DNA of 64,000 bases from Felis catus (taxonomy: Eukaryota): positions 4,838,001 to 4,902,000 of the forward strand of contig NC_058383.1 in NCBI RefSeq assembly GCF_018350175.1, read 5' to 3'. Below are positions 46,584-59,953 of the stretch, one piece after another. Every line of letters begins with the position of its first letter. The stretch's first letter is position 1. The notes below the pieces were generated by a model. The model saw only the letters and a list, made by a program, of their open reading frames with translations, did no database searches and had not been told where the DNA came from. The position numbers were made by a program, and so were the translations under genes.

Positions 46584-49500
46584 CCTCCGGAGCTCATCTT
46601 GCCCAAGGCCCAGCCCAGTGGCCTGGAGCAGCCCCGAGTGGCCTGGGTGCGGGAGGTGGGGCCCGGCCTCCCCGCATCTCCAGCTACCTCAGCTGTCGGG
46701 CTCTGGGTGCCGGGAAGGTTCAGGGTCATCCAGGCTTCCCTCTGTGGGCCTCGGCCCCCACTCCAAACAAGCACTGGGACATGGGGCAGAGCGGAGGCGC
46801 CAACTCCCCGAGGAGCGTGAAACATGGCTGCCCGCAGGCGTGCTCATAATGGGGGGCCTGGCTTTGCCCCTCCTGGCTCCGAGGGGCCTTCAAAGCAGCC
46901 GCTGGCTGTATGCACCCTCAGGACTCTGGTCTGGTCCCAGGGAAGGGTTTGTGGGTGGGGGTGGGGGCCGTGACCAGCAAGTGGATTGTGAGGTAGCCCC
47001 CAGCCTGGGGCAGTGTCTGCCATCTGCCCCTCAGAGCTCAGCCAGAGCACACTCTGCCCCAAGCGAGGACGTCGGAACCTTCTTTCCAAGTCTGCTCCCA
47101 GTGGGCTGAAGGGACAGCCTTGCAAAACACACACCCTGGACCCCAGAGAAGGTGACAGATGCCCTTGAACATGCCATGCGAATGGGCACGATAGGCCTGT
47201 GGTCCCTCACCCAGCCCCGGCCTCCTGGGACCGCTTGGAAGAAGGCAAGGAGGAAAGACACCCCCAGGTGCAGGGACCTGGGAGCCTGGGTCTCGGAAGC
47301 TGGAAAAACTGCAGTTGACTGCGGCCCAGCAGGGCAGGCAGGAGAGATGCTGGGCAGGGATAAGGGGGAGAACTGGGTTAGGAAGGCACGCCTCGTCAGA
47401 TGGTAGAATTGAGGGTTTTTATCCTGCAGACAAATTTAAGTCCAGTTTGGAAGTGGCGAGTTTGAAGTGGGGCGTCTGAGAATGGGACGGCGTGGCCAAG
47501 GTGGGGGCGGGGAGGACAGAGAGATGTTTCGGTTCTGGGTGAGCAGGATTTGGTGGCCGATTGCCTGGCTGGGTGGCAGTGACGTTCCCTGGAAGGGGTC
47601 ACATGAGCAGAGCAGGTGTAGCGGTGGACGACACAGCGGGACATGCTGGGGCCCCCAGAGGCTGTTTCCCGTGTGTGCCTGGAGGCCCTCGTGAGGATGG
47701 GAGGAGAGGAGACAGTTACCTGGATCCTAGGGACAGGGATGCTGTGGGTGGGGAAGATGTGTTAACTTCTTTCATCCTTTCCTTGCTCCAGTGGGCAGTT
47801 TCCGGCATCAGGCAGATTCCTCTTTCCTTAACTTTCTTCCAGAGAAGTCCGAAATGCACTTTAAACCTGTCTCTTGGATTCTTTTTCTCTCCCTACAACC
47901 AAATGGCTAATGTTGCTCTCGGATGGGATTTGGGACCCATTCCGTTCCTCCCAGTCTCCCACAGACTGCTCTTTGAAGCCATGTATGTTCTGTGCTTGTT
48001 CTCCACGCACAGCCACCTTGTAAAAATGGCTAAATCGAAGCGTGCAATTCAGCGGGGGTAGGGAGAGAGGTTCGGATGTGGCTAGTGGTGCACATTGGTC
48101 CCCAGCAGCTCAAGCTAGATAATTTCAGGAATTACCAAGGCCCATGTCTCTGAGAAACATGTCAGACAGTTAAAATCCCTGTGTGAGATCCACAGACACA
48201 ATAGACTCCACCAGGCTGTAAGCAGACGTGATCCCCAAAGTAAATCCAGCCCCGTTCCGGGGGGCACGGGTTGGCAAGCCAAGCACTAGCTGTTTTCTCT
48301 CTAAATGCCTTGTATCAGGAACCCACTTTGCCACACAACGCCGTGTAACAGACAGTCCCAAATCTCAGTGGCTTAAAACAGCAGCCATCTACTGCTCATG
48401 AGTCTGCGGGTCACCTGGGCAGTTCTCACCTGAGCTGGGCTCAGTGGACTCACTCATGTGTGGACAGTCATCTGTGAGTCAGCTAGACAGCCTTACTAGC
48501 CATGCAGGGCTCTCTCCTGTGTCTGGGGCTGTGGCTGGGACAGCTGGGACGGCTTCGCATGGCCTCTCATCCCCCAGCTAAATAGCCAGGACCGTTCACG
48601 TGGTGGAGGCAGGGGTCCAAGGGAACCAGAGTCACAGAAGGCCCCTTGAGGCCTAAGCTCAGAACTGCCACCCCACCACCCCACAGTCTATGTCAAGTGA
48701 CAAAGGCCAGCCCACATTCTAGGGAGGGAAAATAGGCTCCACTCTTGACGAGAGATGATGCTAAGTCACATTGCAGAGGGTGTGGATTCAGGACAGGTGG
48801 AGAAGCAGGGCCATTTTCTGAATCAGTCTACCACCTGGCCGCTTGGCCTGACATCTGGGTACAGATCCCAGCCTCCTTAAATCCTCAGTGGCCTCGGTCC
48901 TGCCTGGACCCAGCACAGCTCTGGGTAGCCACCTCCTTATGTCCTCCAGGTGGCATGCGTCCTTCTCTCTCTCGCCCAGTCACCTGACTCCACTCGGTCC
49001 AGGGGGCAGCAATGGTCTGCGCCTGCCTAGCAACCAGTCTCCCTTCTGCTGGGAACAGCACCCTGTTTTTCCTTTGGGAAATTATCTCTCCCCTACTCAC
49101 AGGCCCTGAGCAGTGCTGACTGAACAAGGATGATCCCGTGACTCTGGCTGGCTGACTTAGAGTCCAGTTAAGGCTCATGTTAGCACTGTTTGGAAAGGGA
49201 GCTCCCTCTTTTCTGGGTGAATTGTTGGATACATAGAGGGTAGAAGCCCGGAGGGGGCTCTCAGGACCACCACATGGAGAACACCTGCCTGGGTATGGAG
49301 CTAATACAGGGAAGAAGAGGAGAGCAGACTACTCAATACATCTCTTTTGTCCCTGGATCCAACCATGCCTGAAGCAGACTTCTGGACTTGTCAGTTTCTG
49401 GACCAACAAATTCTCCCCCTCCATTTGTAAACTTTTAAAATTTATTTTAAGTTTTTGGCTTAGGCTGGTTTGAATGCGTTTCTGTCACTTGCAACACTAA

Positions 49501-50119
49501 GAGGGTTGAATAATACACCCATCCACAGATGGTTATAGATGTTCAGTCTTTCACCATTCTCAGCAAGAGCTCTTCATTCATAAATGCGTTCGCCAATACT
49601 TTTTGACTGCCTACTATGTGCCAGACACTGTGCTGAGTGCAAACATCTTTAGGGGTCAGCCTCTCCGAGTTTGGTTTTCTGGGGTTATACTTCATGGTGA
49701 TTCTACACCCGAGTCAGTACAAAGCCCTATATGTGAGCCAATATGTGAGCCATACCCACCCCCCGCCCCCCCACACCCCCCGTCAACTCCTTACCAAGTG
49801 TCAAGATGTGAATGCAAGCATTTATACCCCAGGAATTTATTGATTTCTCAATAATACTAACAAAATAACATAGCCTAATTACATGCCACCTTTCCTAATA
49901 AATGTTTATAGGTAGTGTGCCCAACGTTTTACACATTTCAGCTCATTTTAAGTTCACAATGACCCTCCTAGGTGGGTTTTGTGATCTCCTTTTTACAAAT
50001 AAAAAGTGAAACTCAGGTTTGTGACTTGCTGGATCAAACACTCAGCTCTGTCTACGTGAAAGGCCATCCTCTGCGTCTTTGTCTTGCTCAACACAATTTT
50101 TTTTAAATGGTTATTTATT

Positions 50120-50562
50120 GGGGCGCATGGGTGGCTCAGTCAGTTAGGCATCCGACTTCAGCTCAGGTCATGATCCCACGGTTTGTGAGTTCGAGTCCTG
50201 CGTTGGGCTCTGCTTCAGATTCTGTGTCTCCCTCTCTCTCTGCCCTTCCCCTGCTCGTGCTCTCTCTCTCTCAAAAATAAATACATAAAACATTTTTAAT
50301 AATAAAAAATAAAATGTTTACTTATTTAAAAAAAATTTTTTTAAGTGTCTTTATTTATTTTTGAAGGAGAGAGAGAGACAGAGCATGAGCGGGGGAGGAG
50401 CAGAGAGAGAGGGAGACACAGAATTCAAAGCAGGCTCCAGACTCTAAGCTGTCAGCACAGAGCCCGAGGCAGGGCTCGAACTCACAAACTGTAAGATCAT
50501 GACCTGAGCCAAAGTCAGACGCTTAACCGACTGAGCCACCCAGGCACCCCTACTTATTTATT

Positions 50563-50608
<46 letters not shown>

Positions 50609-52330
50609 GCAGAAGTGGGGGGAGGCAGTGAGAGGGGGAGAGAATCCCAAGCAGGCTCCATGCTGTCAGTGCAGAGCCAGATGAGGGGTTCAATCCCATG
50701 ACCCTGGGTCATGACCAGAGCCGAAATCAAGGGTCAGATGCTCAACTGACTGAGCCACCCAGGCATCCCTCAACACAATTAAAATACATATAGGGACACC
50801 TGGGTGGCTTAGTCAGTTAAGCATCCAACTTCAGCTTGGGTCATGATCTTTTGGTTGGTGAGTTCAAGCCCCGCATCAGGCTGTGTGCTGACAGCTCAGA
50901 GCCTGGAGCCTGCTTCAAATTGTGTGTCTCCCCCTCTCTCTGCCCCTCCCCCACTCATGCTCTGTCTGTCTCTCAAAAATAAATTTTAAAATATTAATAT
51001 ATATATATACATACACACATACATATATATGTGTATATATATATATATACATATATATATGGGTATACATTACATATATATATGTGTGTGTATATATGGG
51101 TATACATATATATGTGTATATATATACATTAGTCTTTCCAGGGCCACAGATGCTGGTGACTTCAACATAAAGCCCATAGCTTTTTTCTCGCTTCTCCTGT
51201 TTTTCCTGCTTTAGTCTGCTCCGGCTGCCACAACAAATACCACAAAGTTGCTTAGACCGCAGGAGTTTTCTGCCTCACAGTCTGGAGGCTGAGAGTCCAA
51301 GATCAAGATGTCAGCAGGTCTGGTTTCTCCTGAACTGCTCTCTTCAGCTTACAGATGGCCCCTTCTGTGTGCGTGTGCACATTCCTAATGTCTTTTCCTC
51401 TTCTTGTAAGGACCCCGGTCCTCTGGGTTTATAGAGTCCCACCCTTATGACCTCATTTAACCTGAGGTATCTCTTTAAAGACCCCATCTCCAGGGGCACC
51501 TGGGTGGCTCAGTCTGTTAAGTGTTTGGCTCAGGTCATGATCTCACAGTTCGTGAGTTTGAGCCCTGTGTCAGGCTCTGTGCTGACAGCTCAGAGCCTGG
51601 ATCCTGCTTCAGATTCTGTGTCTCCCTCTCTCTCTGCCCCTCCCCTGCTTGCACTCTGTGTCTCTGTCTCTCAAAAATAACAATAAACATTAAAAAAATT
51701 TAGAAAATAAAACAGGTCTTGTCTCCGCTCAGACATGACAAACAAATGCCATTAAAAAAAATTTTTTTTTAATAAAAATAAAGACCCCATGTCCAAATGC
51801 ATTCACGTTCTGAGGTCCCTTATCGGATCCCAAGGAGGCCTCAAAAATCTCTGGATTGATCTGATGCTCCAAAGAGAAAGTCTTCTGGGGAGCCCGGGTG
51901 GCTCAGTCCGTTAAGCATCTGACTTCAGCTCAGGTCATAATCTCACAGTTCGTGCGTTGGAGCCCCACTTCGGGCTCTGTCTTGACAGCTCAGAGCCTGG
52001 AGTTGCTTCAGATTCTGTGTCTCCCTCTCTCTGCCCCTCCTCCGCTCATGCTCTGTCTCTCTTTCTCTCAAAAATAAATAAACATTAAAAAAAAAAAAAG
52101 AGGCGGGGCGCCTGGGTGGCACAGTCAGTTAAGCGTCCGGCTTCAGCCAGGTCACGATCTCGCGGTCCGGGAGTTCGAGCCCCGCGTCAGGCTCTGGGCT
52201 GATGGCTCGGAGCCTGGAGCCTGTTTCCGATTCTGTGTCTCCCTCTCTCTCTGCCCCTCCCCCATTCATGCTCTGTCTCTCTCTGTCCCAAAAATAAACG
52301 TTGAAAAAAAAAATTAAAAAAAAAAAAAGA
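50120..52330. mobile_element. Dense Can-SINE cluster (about 7 copies, both orientations) with an MLT1 fragment and a TA-rich microsatellite
   Basis: SINE heads/ends near 50120, 50550, 50770, 50793, 51493, 51887 and 52105; (TA/CA)n at about 50997-51128; MLT1-like text at 51210-51490. Confidence 0.85.
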
Positions 52331-55300
52331 GGCTTCTGAGAGGGATGTCCCACCTTCCCTCTCTTCATCCCATGTTCAGGCCTTGCTCTCAGTTCCAACT
52401 CGGAGTGAATTCTCCGTCTGTGCTACATTCCTGTGTCCCCGGGCTCCCAGGGCGCTCTGTGAACACAAATCACTCTCCACAGGCTCCTTCCCAGTCTCCT
52501 GTAAATACCCCTCCCGCTCCCCTTGCAGCCCTCCCAGAACAGTCTAGACCCCAGTGCTTGATGTCTGGTCAGTGCCCCTTCAGAGCCCATCTTTCTGAAC
52601 TGTTGTCCACTGTCCCTGCCTCTGTCCCCACCATCCACTCACCTCTCAGCACTTGGCCACCTGGCTTTCTCCCCCATCGTCCCCCTCAACCTGCTATCTC
52701 CCCGACAGGAAGCCACAGGGCACGCTTGTCGCTTGCCGTTCTTATCTTAACTGGCCTTTATTGAAGCAACACTGGGCGCTGTTTACCCTCCCTTGGCAAA
52801 TTCTCGCACACCCAGGCTTGGGCTACCAGGTGTCTATGCACCGATAACCCCGTCATCAGCTTGATTTCCCACTGGCCCAGCTGCTTCTAGCCTTTGCACA
52901 CAGCGAGGGCTCAATAACTACCCATTCAATCAAACTGAAGTAGCATCCGGACACGGACACAGGGCCACCAAGCTGCTCAAGGGACTAACCCACTTCTCTC
53001 TGTAAGGTACTCTGGCCACGTGTATCTGAAAGGCTAAAACAAGTGTTACAAAGTAACAGTCCACAGAGGCCAAGCGTGCAGTGCAAACATACGAAGTGGG
53101 CAGGTGCAGGAAATCCATAGGAGGCCAGGGGAGAAGGGTGGTTGACACAGAAGGACAGTAGAGACCGTGGTGGTGGTGGGGGGGGGGGGGTGCTGGAGAG
53201 CAGATGCCCTGTCTGCAGGGGGACCCTCCGCTCCGCTCCAGCCTGTGGAACTTCCAGGTGGGGAGGCAAGCCTCGTGATGCCTGACCGACAGGCTTTCTC
53301 AAAGGACGCTAGAAATCCAGATTTTTTTTTTAATTTGAAAATGCCCTGGTGAAATGTTCGCAGCCAATTCAAAACTGTAATGGAGATGATCAATTATGAG
53401 CCGGAGGAAACATTTCTGTGAGCCAGATGGAGCCCAGCTGTGAATCTGCAACCCCCGAAATAAAGCATCTGTTACCAGCTGACACATTCATGCCACCCTG
53501 GGGTACAGTGGGGTACCCCATACAAAAGGACTTGATACGTTTTTAAATGTTAACAAGGGAACTGCGTTTGGGGCTCATTGGCGGTTCCAGTTTCCGGATG
53601 GAAAGATGCTGATTGCCTTATTTTAAAGATGCCCTTTGTTTGAGGAAATTCACTCCATGGACCGTTCAGTCACAGGAAGGTGGGCCCCACACAGTGTTGG
53701 GAGGGGAGAGGCGGGAAACTGTGAATTACCATGAAACCAAATGCCGTTCCACAGACCAAAAGGTACAGGGTCTGTTGAGCTGTGCAAATTAGCTAGATCT
53801 TTACCTTGACAGCATCCTGAAAGGGAGGGAAAGTATTTTCTCTAAAAAGAGTTTGATGGATTCCCGATTGTGTGTTCTTGGACCATGTGGGGATAGTGTG
53901 GTTTCTACGGAAGGAACCCACATGGAATCACCGCATGCCCCGGTCTGGTGAAATGGGTCGTATCAGTTACTAGGAAATTGACCCCATGGAAACAGTCAGA
54001 AATGCAAATAGACATGGAAGCACACGGTTGTTTGTTTGTTTGTGGAGCTGATCTGAAGCAACAAGGATGTCCAGAAACAAAAAAGATTTGTGAAATAAAA
54101 TATATGAGAGTCCCATGTTGGAATAGAACGTAGCAATTAAATTGTTGAAGAGTTAAGTCATGGGTGAAAGCTTATGATATAATAAGTAAAAATATATACA
54201 AAATTGGATGTAATAAGATGACCTTGGCTGAAATGAGGCGTTGTTTTTTTTTCCCTAAGTTTATTTACTTTGAGAGAGAGAGCAAGCAGGGTCAGGCAGC
54301 GTGAGAGAGGGGGGAGAGAGAGAATCCCAAGCAGGCTCTGCACTGTCAGAGCAGTGCCCGATATGGGGCTTGAACCCACGAACTGCAAGATCATGACCTG
54401 AGCCGAAATCAAGAGTAGGATGCTTAACCGTCTGAGTCACCCAGGCACCCCTGAAATGAGTTTTTTGAAGTCTCGATGAGGGGAGGAGAAGGAGAAGTGT
54501 GGGCGGGTATCAGGTTGGACTGGGTCGTCCATGTCTGTGGCACCGCTGCTCAGAACTGAACAACGTGGACACTGGGGGACGCCTAAATGCTAACTTCCAT
54601 GGGATCACCTTTCTGGGAGATGAGTCTTCTCCTGATGGAAAGGTAAATCGTACTATTGGTCATCCTTGAAAAGGTGAGTCTTGGGCCCTGGAATGAATCA
54701 GAGCAAGCCTGACATTGGGCTGAAGACGACCATTCTTTCTGCTTGAATTCTGAAGCCAGAAGATGCCTGGAATATTTTCAGAGGAGGCAGGGAGCCTGCC
54801 CTCAACCCAAGCATGTGGTGGGCAGCTCCGTTGGTTGTCTGTTTGGACCCCACCCAGTGCCCCTGGGTGTCCCAATAAACCCAATAAACCCAACGGACCC
54901 TTGGCAGCCATTTTCCACAATGCATCTTTGCCCACTTGGCTGGCTTGTTGGACTTTGAGGGATGCCTGACCTAAGCTGAGCCAATCAGAACCCCACCCAA
55001 GGAGATTTAAAATAAATACAGAGATTTCGGGCTCATTACGGCTGCTCTCCAGAACAAGAGAGATGTCAACTTGCCAGGTGGGGCAGAGATGCAGAGACCG
55101 GTCTGCAGAGGAAGAGAGAAGAGCAAGGTGCATGCAATTTAATCTGTTTTGCCATTTCTTTAAAAAAATTTTTTTTAACATTTATTCATTATTGAGAGAC
55201 AGAGCATGAGTATGGGAGGGGCAGAGAGAGGAGGAGACACAGAATCTGAAGCAGGCTCCAGGCTCTGAGCTGTCAGCACAGAGCCCGACACGGGGCTCGA

Positions 55301-56139
55301 ACTCACAAACCGCGAGATCAAGACCTTCGCTGAAGTCAGACGCTCAACCGACTGAGCCACCCAGGTGCCCCTCCGTTTTGCCATTTCTAAGTGTTCTCAG
55401 CCATTAAATCTAATCCATGAGAAATTATCCTTGATTGAGGATCCTTGAAATCACTGATTTCATCCTCACTGGTCAAGGAATCTGCCAAGAGTTGTCCTCA
55501 AATAATTTCATATTATTCAAAAGCATGCACGTGCATGTGTGTGTTGAGGCATATCAATGTATGTGTATGTGTATCCACACGTAGAAAGCAATTCATCGTT
55601 CTTCTGAAGTCAGCATGGACTCAGATATACAATAGGCAGGAATAAATCTCAGGTATAACCTCATTCACGTTCAGAGATGTGCATCTCCGCAGCAAATTAC
55701 ACACAAAAGAGAAATGAGAAGAGAAAATGAGGTACGATGTTATATCGCTGCATTCAGTAACAAACTGAAATGTGTGCGCAAAATTTTGATGATGCTTGCT
55801 TAAAGCTGAAGCTTTATCTCATAAGCTCTACAAAAGAGTAAAAAAAAAAATGATAAATCTCTTAGGAGCTACTGTCAATATGAGCTTAGGTGCTAGAATT
55901 TTATACACAAAAAAAGGGTGTAGCGCCTAGGTGGCTCAGTTGTTGGAGTAACAAACTCCTGATTTCGGCTCAGGTCACGATCTCACAGTTCGATTTGCGG
56001 GTTCAAGCCCTGCGTTGGGCTCCGCGCTGACAGCACAGAGCTTGCTTGGGATTCTCTCTCTCTCTCTCTCCCTCTTTCTCTGCCTCTCTCTCTCTCTCAA
56101 AATAAATAAAAAATTTTTAGAAAGGGTGCCAAAGCTTAC

Positions 56140-56617
56140 TCTATACCAAGAAAGGCATACACACTGTACCTCAAATAGAGGGAGAGATTAGCAGAGGACA
56201 GCTTTTTCAAAGTATTTAAATACTTTCCGTGTTTAACTTTGTATTGCTCTGATGGGAAGCCGTTGAATCTGCCCATGCCTGTGAATGAAAAGTGGAATAG
56301 GTGACAGGACCCTGTGCCACTGCTGAAATATACGGGCGTAGGCTGCGTGTAAATATTTATATAATTGGCAGCAGCTTGCCACACAAGTCCATCTGTTTTG
56401 TGACGCTTTCCGAGGAGTAGCAGCCAGGATGTCCGAAAATAGAGGGTTAGTGAAAAAATTATGTTTGCCAACGAGTGACCCAAAGTATTAAGAGTGATCT
56501 CAGATTTGTACTTACCAGTTGGTAAAAGTACTTGAAATACATAATATGTGCAGAAGACACATTACATGGTTACCAAAAACTATCTAAAGTTCCCGAAATA
56601 AATGAGAGTCTTTGCAC
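56140..56617 (-). pseudogene. Two exon-like segments (56617-56516, 56278-56140) of an unidentified minus-strand spliced unit
   Basis: Acceptors ctcttgatacag| and cttttcattcacag|, donors G|GTAAGT and A|GTAAGC. The second segment is open (GMGRFNGFPSEQYKVKHGKYLNTLKKLSSANLSLYLRYSVYAFLGI); the first has stops. Confidence 0.35.
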
Positions 56618-56818
56618 CTGTATCAAGAGGGTAGAGCCAATTCTCATGTGCTCAAGAAATTCATCCCCAAACCTTGATCAGCCTTTCCTCACACTAAGTA
56701 CCAACCAGTATTTCTGAAAGAGGCTGTGGAAACGGACACTAATTACTACAACGCTGATTCAGGAGCTGAACTGCTGAGTCACGGGGGTTCACAGGTCTCC
56801 GAGATATTTCTTAGTTTG

Positions 56819-56820
<2 letters not shown>

Positions 56821-56854
<34 letters not shown>
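56821..56854. repeat. Poly-T run (34 nt)
   Basis: Uninterrupted T homopolymer. Confidence 0.95.
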
Positions 56855-56855
<1 letters not shown>

Positions 56856-57497
56856 GCTAAGTGGAAAACTCCGTCCTGGGAAACAATTGGGCCCATTGTC
56901 TCCCAGATGCAGAGTTTTCGCCTAATGAAATCCTGGCCGATGAGCTCTGGTGTTGTTCTCCGGCTCCCAGTTTCCGCCGCTCAAGAATTCTCACCTTCAC
57001 ATCCTTCTCAATTGTCATCCCTTCTTGCTTCTTGAACCTTTTGGGATCATGTTCACTCTTCTAAAGTACATATTTTACTTTACAACTTTTTAAAGCTATT
57101 TATTTATTTATAAAAGTATGCTTGTATTTAATCTTTACACACAACATAGGGCTCGAAATTCACAATGCCAAGATCAAGAGTTGTATGCCCCTCTGATGGA
57201 GCCAGCCAGGCACCCCTACTTTAGAACTTTTTTTTTAAAGTTTCTTTATTTTTGAGAGGGGGGGGAGGGACAAAGAGAGACAGACAGAGGATCCAAAGCA
57301 GGCTCTGTGCTGACAGTAGAGAGCCCGATGTGGGGCTTGAACCCATGAATGAACTAGATCATGACCTAAGCCGAAGTCGGATGCCCAACCTACAGAGCCA
57401 CCCAGGTGCCCCTAGGACTTTTTGTAATGACAGCCTATTGGTAGTAAATTCTGTCCGTTTTTGTATCTGAAAATGTCTTTTTATCACCCATATTCTT

Positions 57498-57719
57498 TTT
57501 TTTTTTTAATTTTTTTTCCACGTTTTTATTTATTTTTGGGACAGAGAGAGACAGAGCATGAACGGGGGAGGGGCAGAGAGAGAGGGAGACACAGAATCGG
57601 AAACAGGCTCCAGGCTCCGAGCCATCAGCCCAGAGCCCGACGGGCTCGAACTCGCGGACCGCGAGATCGTGACCTGGCTGAAGTCGGACACTTAACAGAC
57701 TGCGCCACCCAGGCGCCCC
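57498..57719 (-). mobile_element. Very young cat-type Can-SINE with perfect 14-bp TSD
   Basis: TCACCCATATTCTT at 57484-57497 and 57720-57733; CpGs intact (ggctccgagccatcagcccagagcc). Confidence 0.93.
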
Positions 57720-57884
57720 TCACCCATATTCTTGAAAGATGGTTTTAGTAGGTATATGGTTCTAGGCTGACAGTTATATTTTCTCATCAATTTGAAGATA
57801 GACCATTCTACTGCTTACTGACTTCCATTTTCGGTCTTGAGAAGTTAGCTGTCCGTCTAATAATTATTTTGTTGTAAAAGGTAG

Positions 57885-58370
57885 GTGTATTTGTTTCCTA
57901 GGGCTGCTGTAAACAAATTACCACGAACTGGGTGACTTAATATAACAGAAATGTATTTTCTCACAGTTTGGAAGACCAGAAACCTAAAATCAAGGGTGTT
58001 GGCCAGGGTCGTTCCTTTCGGAGGCTCTGAGGAACAATCTGTTTCATGGGTCTCCCCTACCTTCTAGTGGTTACCAACAACCTTTGGCTCCATTTTGGCG
58101 TATAGATGTGCCCCACCATCACATGGTGTTTTCTGTGTGTGCCTGTGTCTTCATAAGGGGTGTGTGTGTGTGTGTGTGTGTACGCGTCTGCGTCTCAGTT
58201 TTCCCCCTAAAGGACCCCAGTCATTGGACTAGGACCCATCCTAATCCAATATGATCTCATCTTAACTAACTACATTTGCAAAGATCCTATTTTCAAATAA
58301 GGTCACATTCTGAGTTTCCCGGTGGACATGAATTTGTGAGGGGCGAGGGAACACTCTTCAACCCCGCACA
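57885..58370 (-). mobile_element. MaLR (MLT1C/D-type) solo LTR
   Basis: tgtatttgtttcctagggctgctgtaaacaaattaccac...aggaccccagtcattgga...aaataaggtcacattctgag. Confidence 0.8.
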
Positions 58371-59726
58371 GTAGGTGGTATGTATTTCCTATGTGATTAA
58401 TTTCAAAGTTTTCTCTTTCCTCTTGGCCTTCTTCTGTGTCTAGAAAGATATTTTCTTTTCTTTTTTTTAAGGATTTTATTTTTAGGTCATCTCCACACCC
58501 AATGTGGGGCTCAAACTCACAACCTGGAGATCGAGTCATATGCTCCACAGACTGAGCCAGCCAGGTGCCCCAAGATTTTACTTTCTTTAGGGGTGCCTGG
58601 GTGGTTCAGTTGGTTGAGTGTCTAACTTCGGCTCAGATCATGATCTCATGGTTTGTGAGTTCGAGCCCTGCGTCCGACTCTGTGCTGACAGCTCGAAGCC
58701 TGGAGCCTGTTTTAGATTCTGTGTCTCCTTCTCTCTCTGCCCCTCCTCCTCTCACGCTTTGTCTGTCTCTCTCTCTCAAAAATAAACATTAAAAAAAATT
58801 TTTTTTTAATTTTTTACTTATCTCACTTGGGCTTCATTGGGATTCCTAAATCCAAGAATTGGGATATTTCCTCTGTTTTGGAAAATTCTCAGTAATTATC
58901 TTTCTGAATATTGCTTCTCTCTCCTTTCCATTTTTTTCTTCCTTCTGAAATGCCAGTTAGATACTTTGTTTCTTTCTTCCTCTATCCTCTATGTCTCTTT
59001 CAAACCCTCTTTTTCCCGTTTTCCATCTATTTGCCCCATAAATTCTCTTTAATTTCTTCATATCTAACTTCTAGTTTATTAATTCTCTATTTAGGTGTGT
59101 TTAATCTCTGTTTGATTCACCTGGTGAGTTTCTAATATCAATTATTATGTCTTTTACGTATAAATGTTCTGTTTGGGGGGTGCCTGGCTGGCTCTGTCAG
59201 TGGAGTGTGTGACTCCTGATCTCAAGGTTGGGAGTTTCGAGCTCCATGTTGAGTGTATACTGCTTTCAAATAAAAGCTTTTTTAAAAACTTATTTTATTT
59301 TTAAAGGTGTATTCATTTATTTTGAAGGGGGAGGGGCAGAGAGAGAGAAAGAATCTTTAAAAAAAATTTTTTTTAACGTTTATTTATTTTTGAGACAGAG
59401 AGAGACAGAGCATAAGTGGGGGAGGAGGGGAGAGACAGAGACAGGGAGACACAGAATCCGAAACAGGCTCCAGGTTCTGAGCTGTCAGCACAGAGCCAGA
59501 CATGGGGCTCGAACTCACAGACCCCGAAACCTGAGCCGAAGTCAGCCGTCTAACCAACTGAGCCACCCAGGCTCCCCATAGAGGAAAAGAGAATCTTAAG
59601 TAGGCTCCTTGCTGTCAGCACTTGATTTCGTGAACTCTGTGAGATCATGACCTGGGCTGAAATCAAGAGTAACCAACCGAGCCATCCAGGCATCCCTCCT
59701 CCAAAAATTCTATTTGGTTATTTTTC

Positions 59727-59953
59727 TTTTTTTTTAATTTTTTTTTCAATGTTTTTTAATTTATTTTTGGGACAGAGCGAGACAGAGCATGAACGGGGGA
59801 GGGGCAGAGAGAGAGGGAGACACAGAATCGGAAACAGGCTCCAGGCTCCGAGCCATCAGCCCAGAGCCTGACGCGGGGCTCGAACTCAAGGACCGCGAGA
59901 TCGTGACCTGGCTGAAGTCGGACGCTTAACCGACTGCGCCACCCAGGCGCCCC
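59727..59953 (-). mobile_element. Very young cat-type Can-SINE with TSD
   Basis: TATTTGGTTATTTTTC at 59711 and 59956; same diagnostic bases as the 57.5 kb and 52.1 kb copies. Confidence 0.93.
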
